Position numbers and translations under genes: made by a program
Assembly (NCBI RefSeq): GCF_020745735.1
Contig: NC_083413.1
Coordinates: 74,400,001-74,464,000, forward strand
Source of the DNA: Hemiscyllium ocellatum
Taxonomy: Eukaryota
Length of the DNA: 64,000 bases
Reading direction: 5' to 3'
The notes under the pieces: model-generated
What the model was told of the DNA's origin: nothing
The model's input: the letters and a program-made list of their open reading frames with translations, nothing else
The model's database searches: none
In this document: positions 39,948 through 50,133 of the stretch, piece after piece
How the letters are laid out: the number at the start of each line of letters is the position of its first letter
Numbering within the stretch: position 1 is the first letter of the stretch

Positions 39948-40410
39948 ACAGAGTCATGCAACACAGAAACAGACCCTTCAGCCCAACTCACCCATGTTGA
40001 CCAGGTTTCTTTAACTGGACTAATTCCATTTCCCTGTGTTTGGCCCACATCCCTGTAAACCTTTCCTATCCAGGTACCTGTGAAAATGTCTTTTAAATGT
40101 TTGAATAAACTCACCCCTATCGCTTCCTCTGGCAGCTTGCTCCATACACGCACCACCTTCTGTGTGAAAAGATTGTCCCTCAGATCTCTTTTAAATCTAC
40201 CCCCTCTCACCTTAATCCTATACCCTCTAGTTTTTGACTTCCCTACCCTGGGGAAACAAACAATCTTGACTATTCCCCTTATCTCTGCCCCTCATGATTT
40301 TATGAACGTCTTCAAGGTCAACTTCTTACGCTTTAAGTTAAAAAAAACTTCCAGCCTCTCATTATAACTAAAACCTTCTAGTCTCCCTAATATATACTGT
40401 AAATCTTTTT
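39948..40410 (-). mobile_element. CR1 LINE 3' fragment
   Basis: RGGRFKRDLRDNLFTQKVVRVWSKLPEE. Confidence 0.85.
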
Positions 40411-41567
40411 TTTGAAGCCATCATCTACCATGTCTGCCTTTGCCTTCAGCTCCCACTGGCTTAAGCTGTGGAATTCCTTCCCCACAACTCTCAGACTCTC
40501 TATCTTTTTTTCCCACCTTCAAAACTCTGCTCAAAACCTAGTGACCACTGTGGTCACCTAGTCTAATATTTCCTTGTGTCCTTCAGCAGCAGATTAATTT
40601 TGAAATAACACAGTTGTGATGCACCTTGAGTTGTTTTAACCACGTGAAAAGCACTACATGAATGCAATTTGCTGTTGGTCTGAAAACAGGAAGGAGGAAA
40701 AGGTCAGTTAAACTGGACAAAAATAAAAACAATGACTGGGAAGTGATCAGTAGGGTGAACTGCTTATGTCCTTTGTCAATCTCAGAAGAGGCCCCCAAGG
40801 CAAATTCAACAGTTTGTAACTTCAAAGTTCTCAAAAACTATTATGCAAAACAGACTGAGATTTTCTAATTGTTGACAACCACCAAAAGACTTCCTCCAAA
40901 ATTTGAACTCCAAGATCATTGATCAAATGTGATCTCATAACTGCCACCTGGCAGTGATCCAAGTTTGCTTTTGATTATAAAGGCTAGATACAGAGAAGCT
41001 ATTTAGTCTGATTGCAACAGGAAGAAATACCAAATTTCCCAGATCATAAGAGGCAATGGGATTTAAAAGGAAATGTTTTGGGAATAACCCTTGGATGATA
41101 AGATGCACTGCAATATTAGGTGACTTTTTTCAAGAGAAGTAATGCATGTTATCATCGCTGAATACATTAAGTTTGAAATTTGAGCTGGGTCATTTAGAGA
41201 AATAAAGAAGCATTTTCTCACTTAGAAGGTAGTCAGAATCTGGAACTTCCTAACCAAAGGGCCTTGGGTGCTGTGAAATTGCAACTTCCAGGCTGAGATC
41301 AATAGATCTTGCCAGCAAACTTGGCACATCTTTCATTTGAACTTTTTTTTTGGAGGTGGTTTGAAAGTTTGGAAATAGCAGTTTGTGGCATTATTGCCAG
41401 GTTAATGGATTCATTCAAAATCAGATACGCAAGACCTTTGGTGACAGAGGCTGGAGACAACAGCTATTTAATGATAACAGATTTAAATTCAAAATGTGCT
41501 CCACAAGTTCCGTTGTGGTACATCTCATAAGATCAAACCTCAAAACACTATTTACTACTGACCAAGC

Positions 41568-41873
41568 CAGTCCCAGAGTGTGAAAGGTCAGTGTCTGACC
41601 CATTGTCCCAGTCAGTCCCAGAGTGTGAAAGGCCAGTGTCTGACCCACTGTCCCAGTCAGTCCCAGAGTGTGAAAGGACAGTGTCTGACCCACTGTCCCA
41701 GTCAGTCCCAGAGTGTGAAAGGACAGTGCCTGACCCACTGTCCCAGTCAGTCCCAGAGTGTGAAAGGACAGTGTCTGACACACTGTCCCAGCCGGTCCCA
41801 GTGTGTGAAAGGACAGTGTCTGACCCACTCCTCCAGGCAGTCCCAGAGTGTGAAAGGACAGTGTCTGACCCAC
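41568..41873. repeat. 45-bp minisatellite, ~6.8 copies
   Basis: Unit CAGTCCCAGAGTGTGAAAGGACAGTGTCTGACCCACTGTCCCAGT. Period confirmed by TGAAAGG at 41581 and 41626. Confidence 0.95.
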
Positions 41874-41902
41874 TTAATCTCGGTGTCCATGGGTTCTCTT
41901 AC

Positions 41903-42087
41903 CTGACACAAGGATATCATTCCTCAGGGCACAAACAGCATACTCAGATTTGGTGAATTCTGGGAGTTTGGCAAGCGACTTCCACTCTCCGGTCATTGGG
42001 TCATAGCATTCGGTGTAAGGGAGATTGAAGCCTCCCACTCGCTCACAGCCTCCCACCACCACAATTACTTCGGAGTAACCTGTGGAC
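41903..42087 (-). CDS. KLHL24: KLHL24 coding exon 2 (start of Kelch repeats), 185 nt
   Basis: Acceptor CCCCAG| and donor CAG|GTAAGA. Reads (R)STGYSEVIVVVGGCERVGGFNLPYTECYDPMTGEWKSLAKLPEFTKSEYAVCALRNDILVS(G). Phases match the neighbouring exons. Confidence 0.96.
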
Positions 42088-42414
42088 CTGGGGTTGGTGG
42101 GGTAAGAGGAGGTGAAAACAGAAAGGCATTGTGGGTATTGGCATTGGATAGCAAAATACTACAAAACACTGACTCGTCAAATGTGGCTATGCATCTGCTG
42201 TCCTGTATCTAAGGGTTTTTGATGCATCTTGGAACCAATAGTGAGCCAGGCGTCATGTCCTTTGGCAAAGTTACTATGGCAACAGATAGAACTGAGGAAC
42301 ATGATCTCGAACCTTGTTATAATCTCAACTACAAGTCGAAGTTGTTCCATACCAGAACGCTCATCAACCTTCAGGGATATTAAATTGACCAAACTTGCTC
42401 CTCATTTCATTGAA

Positions 42415-42580
42415 ATGATATGGAGGAGCCAGTGTTGGACTGAGGTGGATAAATTTGAAAATCACGCAACACCAGGTTATAGTCCAACAGGTAGCTACTT
42501 GATGAAGGAACAGTTGTCGGAAACCTCGTGCTTCCAAATAAACCTGTTGGACTATAATCTGATGTTGTGTGATTTTTAAC
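42415..42580. mobile_element. Palindromic Penelope-derived insert (family B)
   Basis: Same termini as 12256-12365 and 39261-39769. Confidence 0.78.
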
Positions 42581-42981
42581 TATCGCCTTGAGAGACAGTC
42601 CTGTCCTGTCAAACTTATGTGACTTATGTGGACTGAAAGAGTCAGGGTTCAAGATGTGGGCATTCCCATTAGGAGATCCTGTAAACAATCCTGGCCCAAT
42701 TCTGAGCCAAGGCCTAAGAGGCTTTTGCCATATTGCAACCAGCCAATAAGGGTTGCCTGATTAGCGTGGACATTATTATTCATAACCAGGACTGACATGG
42801 TCTAACTACATAGGTCTCTGTGCTGCCACCTGCCATCCACTGCCACCAGTACGTTCAGGTGTCATCCCTCACCTAACAAGTGGCAATCCAAATACTTCTG
42901 TCATGGTTAGGTCTCTGATCAGTTTAGTAAAATGCAGGACAGAGTGACTTTTCAAAGAAGGCTTTTGCTTCCCCCACTCAC

Positions 42982-43901
42982 CTACGAGGCCTTGTCCGTG
43001 GTGACATCATCTCATTGCCAAGGACGTGGTACCTCCGAGCCTCATGCAGCAGTTGGTAACACTCAGGAGAGCTCTGGATTAGCTGGTTCCCCTCCACCGT
43101 CTGTACAAAGTAATTGGGGTGCAGTAGGGGAAGCCTGACATGAGTCAGCAGCTCTTTCAACATGGGCCTCCTGCGGTCAATGTCATGATATACCCAACGT
43201 ATCACGGACTCGTACACCGTTTCCTCCTTGCTGACGACCAGATCATCACTGGAGACATAGTCGATGAGCTCATCCTTCTCCAGTCCCAGGAACTCCTCAT
43301 GCAGGGCAACCTCGGAGAACGTCTGCAGGCCAAAGCATCTGCACTTGGAGTGCAGCACCTTCAAGGAGTGTGTGTCTGCAAACTTCTGGATCCCCAGGCA
43401 ATTGCAGGGGTCAAGCTGCTCCTCCAGGAACTTGGCGCAGGCATCACGGATGGCGTTGATCTGGAAGAGGCTGGAGGTCTCAAACAGGTATTGCACATTG
43501 TCCGTGGTGATCCTCACCTTTCCCGTATAGACATACTGCAGAAACTGGTCCATGGCATCAGCAAAGATGCCGTTGATCTCCACCAACATCTCCCGGCTCT
43601 CACGGTGGTCATTGCAGAACATGGCCCTGAAGTAGCTGCTGCAGGAAGACAGGATGGCGCGGTGGCAAGGAAACTCACGGCCCTCCACACAGATGACCAC
43701 GTCAGTGAAGAGACGACTGGCTCTGAACTCATTCAGCAATTCGAGGATGCTCTCAGCATGAGATGGGCCTGAAGAGAAATCAAAAATGTCTTGATTCACC
43801 ACGGGCTTTTGGTCCACTTCAAAGACTTTGCGTTTGCTGAGAGGTGAGTCACGGAAATGGTTATCATCCCTGTTAATGCGTCGTCCCAGAATCAGCACCA
43901 T
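42982..43901 (-). CDS. KLHL24: KLHL24 first coding exon (N-terminus, BTB and BACK domains), 920 nt
   Basis: ATG at 43901 in good context (GTAGCCATGG). Translates MVLILGRRINRDD...FTDVVICVEGREFPCHRAILS...MMSPRTRPR, recognisably vertebrate KLHL24. Ends at donor AG|GTGAGT (GT at 42981-42980), phase 2. Confidence 0.97.
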
Positions 43902-44259
43902 GGCTACGTCTGACCACTCACTGCAATGAGACAATACTGTATTAGTCTGAGTAGGAGAGGCAAATTCAATTAAAACTCTAATGTTAATATTTACACAATA
44001 AGGATATTATTCCTCCACTTCTTGTGTCCTGGGTCACGGGTAATATGATCAGGAATATAGAGGGAGTAAGACCAGTATAAAGGACAATGTTATTAAGACT
44101 AATTGAGTAGTATAATACATATGTTTACCTTACACTACACAAAGAACAACAATTATTCCAAGACAGGAAGATTATTAAAATGACAAGAAGGATAGTAATT
44201 TTTCAGGTGCAATACCTTACACCTTGATGGCAACGGCTATCAATCTCACCTCACCTCAC

Positions 44260-44540
44260 CTCTGCAATTCAGCTCTTTTGTTCCAGGTTTGAACCAAAGC
44301 TGTAATAGCCCTGCAGAACCCAAACTGGGCATCACTGACCAAGTTATTGCTGTTTGATAGTTCTGTTGATGAAACCTTCCATCCCATTACAATGATTGAG
44401 AGTAGGCTGATGGGGTAATTAGGTGGATGCATTTGTTCTGTGTTTTGGACACACCTGGGCAATTTTCCACATTGTCACGTAGCTGCCAATGTTGCAACTG
44501 CACTGGAACAGCTTGGCTACAGGAGTGGCAAATTCCGAAG
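44260..44540 (-). mobile_element. Degenerate LINE RT fragment (CR1/L2 group)
   Basis: PPNYPISLLSII; LVSDAQFGF; TALVQTW. Confidence 0.6.
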
Positions 44541-44559
44541 CATGTCTTGAATATTAATT

Positions 44560-44860
44560 TGGGAGAGACTGATCTGCTATTGGGTACAATCCAAGAGAGT
44601 ACTCTCTATTGGATTGTGGAAATGGCCTGATTTCCGATTGGTTAAGGTGCAGGATGGACTGATTCCCTATTGGGTATAGTTTGGGAGGAACTGATTCCTG
44701 ATTGAGTGCACTGTGGGAAGGATTGATTCTTGATTAGGTACTGTGTGGAAGGGACTCATTTCCCGCTGGGCACAGTGTGGGAAGGATTGATTTCCATTGA
44801 GGTTCAGTATGAGTGATATCGATTGCCCATTGGGTACAGTGCTGGACTGATTCTCCACTG
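44560..44860. repeat. Degenerate ~33-bp tandem repeat (CTGATTCCCTATTGGGTACAGTGTGGGAAGGA-like)
   Basis: Recurrent GA(C/T)TGATT.....ATTGGGTACAGT units. Confidence 0.65.
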
Positions 44861-45061
44861 GAACACCACAGCACATTCCTCGCTGTGATGAGTGTATTTT
44901 CCTCCTTATACCTTTGATAGCAGCTGTACAAGTGAACTGAGCAGATTGCTGCTGCTGCTTGCCTTCTTGAATCTGTATCTGACCATCACATCCAGGGAAC
45001 CACAACTGGGTTCCCATTCACTGTTAATATATTCTGCAAACAATGACTCACAGATTTATGG

Positions 45062-45221
45062 TTGAAGAGTGTTGTGCTGGAAAAGCACAGCCAGTCAAGC
45101 AGCACCCAAGGAACAGGAGAATCGACTCTCCTGCTCCTTTGATGCTGCCTGACCGGCTGTGTTTTTCCAGCACCACACTCTTCAACTTTGATCTCCAGCA
45201 TCTGCAATCCTCACTTTCTCC
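45062..45221. mobile_element. Palindromic family-A insert lacking the central hammerhead part
   Basis: Arms centred on GAATCGACTC. Flanked by TTATGG (45056-45061, 45222-45227). Confidence 0.8.
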
Positions 45222-46129
45222 TTATGGGGCAGCATTGTCCAACATCCTGATTTAGTTTTTATGGTCAGGCTCTCATTCCAGTAGCAGGAACACTTGGGAG
45301 TCCTGACCCTGCATTGTAGCAGCATGGGGGACCCATTACAGTTTCCAAAACAGAAGTCATTAGTTTCACTGGAATAGGTTTGCCTTCAAGTAGAGGCTTT
45401 GCACAAGCAGCAGACAAGAGACAGACACACAGAACTAATTTAAAAGTCAATCGGTCGCCTTCGTTGGGCTTGCTATCACCTTTTAAATGGACGTGGAGGG
45501 GGCATCAGTGGTTCAAGCAGCCATTCCTGTGTGGCTTCACCTATTTCTGATGTGTACTTTGTATTATGCGCATTGAATCCATGCCATAATTCAATTATCG
45601 ATTTGGTTCTACCCAGGATGCTCTTAGCTGTTCAACAATATCAGCCAAGCTGTTTTCATTGATTGAAACAGTCTTCATTTATGCTTTTTTATATTGTGAA
45701 ACTGTATGATTATTTAATGGATTACTCCACTCTATTATGGGATGTTACCTACAAGTATTACTTTATTTAAAAGGAATGTATGCATTTGTACTGGAGGTGG
45801 GGTTTATTCTGTTGCAATCAGTCCCCAGAAAAAGGAAAATAACAAGGATGTTTCGAAACAGGAAATAAACTTCCAAACAATGTACCATAATAAATGAAGA
45901 ACCAGTAGAATACTTGTTTACACTTACTTAAATTAATTACTAGGGTGTGACTTATAGCCCAGGATCTACAATGGTGCGGTGTATAGTTTGGCAGTCTTTT
46001 GTTGTTTCAGTTAAAATTATGGTGATATGTACAAAAGTATGTAATTTAGTTGCCCTAATTTGTTTCTAGTGACATGCAGTTACTTGATATTATAACCACA
46101 ACATCAATCAAACCAGGAACAGATCAGAT

Positions 46130-47130
46130 GATATATGCACAAATATAACTACACACAGAACGATTCACACAAAACTATACACAAACATAACTACACACAA
46201 AACTACACACACAACTGTATACAAAACTACACAAGGCACAAGCCACACAAACACACACAGATACATACACAAAAATATACACTCAGATAACTCACTAAAC
46301 TACATGTAAACTTAACTACATGCTGAACTACAGACAATTATACAAACATAACTACATCTAAGCCTGTACACCATCTATAAGGCACAAGTCAGGAGTGGCA
46401 TGGAATACTCCCCATTTGCCTGAATAAATGCAGCTCCAACAACATTCAAGAAGCTTGACACCATCCAGGACAAAGCAGCCCACTTGACTGGCATCACATG
46501 CACCCTTTTAATATTCACATCCTTCTCCACTGGCATGCAGTGGCAGCAATGTTTACTATCTACAAGATGCACTGCAAAAATTCATCAAGGTTTCTTCAAC
46601 AAAACCTTCCAAATACACAAATACCACCATTGATAAGAGCAAGACCAGCAGATACATTGGAACACCACCACTTGCAAGTGCCCCCACCCCCTCCAAACTA
46701 CTCACTATTCTGATTTGGAAACATATCACCATTCCTAAGGTTGTGGGCTCAAAATATCAGAACTCCCTCCCTAATGTGGTTGTGAGTGTTGCTACACCAT
46801 ATGGACTGTAGCAGTTCAAGATGGCAGCTCAACACCTACTTCTCCAGGGCAACTAGGGATGGGCAATAAATGCTGGGGGTCTGGTCAGCTATGGCCACAT
46901 TCTACGACCTAACAAAAATATCTGCATACAGAACCACATACGGAATGACACGCAAACACAATTCTACACAGACCTATGTACATTAAAAACCCACACATAA
47001 GTGTAACATCAATAAGATCACACACACAACACATGCACAAACATATTTACAGGCTACACACAGTCCACACAAACATGACTACATACATAGAACTATCATG
47101 ACCATGACATAAACAGAACTGCATTTAACT
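46130..47130. repeat. AC-rich degenerate repeat (AACTACACAC-like) split by a LINE fragment
   Basis: Visible at ~46130-46360 and ~46920-47130. Confidence 0.6.
46370..46915 (+). mobile_element. LINE 3' end (CR1/L2 group)
   Basis: IYKAQVRSGMEYSPFA*INAAPTTFKKLDTIQDKAAHL; tail GCAACTAGGGATGGGCAATAAATGCT. A second copy lies at 62055-62515. Confidence 0.8.
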
Positions 47131-47699
47131 ATAATTGCACAGGCTCCTTTATGGATTATACATAGGAACAAGTTTATGACAAGATTAGTCCAACATTTCA
47201 TGGATATGTCATTCCAAGGCTGGTGTATGTGTGGGATTTTGTTGGTGTTTCGCTTATGTTTGGGTTTTTATGTACATAGTTCTGTGTAGAGTTATGTTTG
47301 TGTTCATGTCAGGCACGGCTTCCTAAAATGTTGAGCACCATATTTACATTCACTGTGCATTTAGCACACCCCCAAGATTTGTCAATCTCGCCGACACTGA
47401 GAATTAAGTCAGCGAGGAGAACGATGGGGAAACCTGGACAGTACACCTCCCTGACTTTCAGGGTTACTGTCACCCCATTGCAACTCAGTGTTTGGTTCTC
47501 GGTGAGGGGCAAAAATAGGAACGCATTTCCTTTTTTTATGTCCTTCAACACTGACAGCCCTCGCAACAAAATGATCCTCACAACAAAACCTAAGCCGGTT
47601 TTGAGAGGCTGCGAGAGATTCGCCAAGGATCTGTAGTGTTCCTGGGACATATGAACTCAAGGCTCAGCTGATACCAGGCTGCAACAAGGCATCAGCTGT

Positions 47700-49130
47700 T
47701 TGGGAGAACTCTCGTCAGCAAAAGATATGCAAACACAAAAAAAAACCATCACATCCGCCTGGAAACTCAGAGTCAGCTGGTAAACAAGCGGCAATGTAAG
47801 TTGCAGCAGAGACGACGCGCCCTCTCTTGATCACAGCCGGAACGCCACCGGCTGCATTCGCTTTGTTATTGTTTTTAAAAACGATCGCGTTCATAAACCT
47901 ACTGATACTTTCAAAATAAAAAAAATGAGACGGATTATTGAGTGAAGAACTGTGCTCCTGGGTGCTAGCCCCTCCCGCATGGTTTAATCCACCCCGGCGT
48001 TTGTGTTATTCTATTTAAAGTGTTCTTCCACACAATGTAAACAAACGCACCCGATCACATGGAAGCGACAATAAACATTCGGCGTTAGCACCATCTTTAC
48101 TGTCTGTCCTATGTCTTTCCTGCCAGAATGTAGACAGATAAACAATATGCTCCGCTCTCAACCCTCACTTCCAGTGACACGTCCAAGCAGTTACCAGGAC
48201 AGGCATCTTCCAGGTTTTAAGAACCAGAGGTTATTCTCTCTCTTTCTCACCGGGAATCAATCCAAACAGGATTAACATTCCAACTTCGAAGATCCGGCAA
48301 ACTGTTAAACAATTCACGTCTGTTCCTCTTTTTTTTGTGAGAATCGAGTTTTTATGCATTACAGAGAAAGAGAGAGAGAAAAAAAATCCATCTTTATCTC
48401 TGCAATCACCAACTATCCTCTCCCTTTTATGACTCAAAACACCCGTTTTGCAACATGTATTGTAACAGTTCACTCACTTGTAGATATCAGGCGTAAATCT
48501 GTAAATAATATTCTTTCCTTACCGAGTTTAAAGAAACGATGTTCTGTCCCCAGCAGAGTCTGATAAATTTCCTCTTGAATTTCCTGGTGCTTAGCTATTG
48601 ATTTAACGGAAATGTAAATCCTCTTTGCTCACAGATGGTTCCACTCTGTATGGTTTTGTTTTCCCCACTTGCTCTCTGTTTGGTGTTGGCACAATTTACT
48701 GCCGTTTCCAATGTCACAGCCACTTATAAATCAATACCCCTCTCCCATTCCCTCCTCTCACTCTCACTCTGAACAAAGGGCACCAACATCAGCACCTTCA
48801 GATTGCATCAGCAAGCTCAGGCTGGGAGTTGTAGTTTTCCACAATGAGTACCGCCCCCGACTTTTCCGTGTCCGGCTGGAGCTGGACAAAAAAGACTACA
48901 ATTCCCAGGGAGCCTGTGGGCTGGCAGGTAAACCTGTTTCCCTCGCTCTCCCTCTCCACAGACACAATGAGCTGTTAGGCAGTTGTCAGTATTGTCTGGA
49001 CTCAAACACGAGGAAATGGAATCGCTTCTGCAAAGTAAGCTGTCGCCAATTGCAAAACAAAAAAAACAAGGAAAAACAACCATTCTTTCAGATTTCCAAA
49101 ACGAAAAGAATGCGGCCGTAGCGTTCGAAG
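47700..49130. promoter_or_regulatory. CpG-enriched promoter region of KLHL24, possibly bidirectional
   Basis: Local CpG enrichment 4-5 kb upstream of the ATG. TATA-like TTATAAA 48724-48730, ATTGCATCA 48802-48810, ACTACA-type motifs 48822-48835 and 48895-48908, GC box 48851-48857, forkhead motifs. Confidence 0.7.
48523..48700 (-). other. KLHL24: Candidate non-coding first exon of KLHL24
   Basis: Strong minus-strand donor TCG|GTAAGG (GT at 48522-48521) downstream of the TATA-like element. An alternative donor CCG|GTGAGA lies at 48250. The 5' end is a guess. Confidence 0.45.
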
Positions 49131-49139
49131 TTAAAAGTA

Positions 49140-50010
49140 GCCAGGGAAATGAAGACTGGAAACTGGTGTTCCACAAGGGCCTGTTGCTTACAATTTGCCT
49201 TAACGATTTGGATTTAGAAATTATAAGCACTGTGTCTAAATTTGTGGATGACACCAAATTAGGGGAGAATTATTATTACAGAGGAGCTCTGTGACACCAG
49301 GAAACTTGTGCATTGTGCAAACAGTTGGCAAATGAAGTTCAACACAGATAAATGCGAGATAGTACATTTTGCTGGGAAGAACAGAGAGACCCCTTAGAAT
49401 GTGCAGGTTGAAATGGATAGAGGAGCAGAGGGATCTCTGACAAAGGCTGTGCCATAAGTTAACAAGACCATACAAAAAGCAAACCAAGCACAATACTTTA
49501 TCTGTAGAGGAATAGATTTGAAAGTTCGGGAATTTATCCCAAGCATAAATTGAGCCCTGGTGAGAACATACACAGGCAGCATGTGACCCTGGCTAATTGA
49601 TGAAAATGGTATGGACGCACTGAAGAGGATTCAGACAAGCCAGACACTGGAAATGTGTGGGTATGCAAATCAGGAAAGGATTCACAGGTTGGGTCACTTT
49701 GAAAAATAACTGCCGTTAGGTGACCCAGAGATCCTTAAAATAATGAAAGCTTTGCCCAGAGTGGATGCAGAGAGAATGTTTCCTCTTATTGGGTACACAA
49801 TAACAACAAATCCAGTAGGGAGTTTGCACAAAACTTCATTTCCCCAAACAGTGGCAAGAAAATGAACTTTGTGACCATTTGTTAGTGGTTGAAATGAACT
49901 GCATTGATGCATTTATGGACAAACAAATAAGAGGGGGAGAGAATGGAGGGATAGAAGTGTTGATTGAGCTGGAGATGGATGGGCTAAATGGCCTATTTCT
50001 GTTATATGAC
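49140..50010 (+). mobile_element. Old CR1 LINE fragment
   Basis: LLTICLNDLDL..ISTVSKFVDDTKLG (RT FADD region), and WQMKFNTDKCEIVHF. Confidence 0.75.
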
Positions 50011-50133
50011 ATTTTAGAGTATGCTGGCCCCTGGAGCTCAGAGCAGCAACATTGTGGCATTCGGTAGCTGCCTGTTCAGTAACTGTTTGGCAAGACCTGG
50101 CCCTGTATTTCCCAGTGGTTACCTCTGAATGTA

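Noticed and set aside
41421-41956. Four repetitive ORFs, and a superficial CRISPR-like look
   Set aside because: These come from a 45-bp tandem repeat with no unique spacers in a vertebrate intron; there are no cas genes.
43140-43772. 210-aa + strand ORF
   Set aside because: Antisense shadow of the GC3-rich KLHL24 exon, with no recognisable domain.
45265-45450. 61-aa ORF resembling a signal peptide (TFKLVLCVCLLSAACAKP)
   Set aside because: Starts at TTG rather than ATG, lies in a KLHL24 5' intron, and has no supporting splice or homology evidence.
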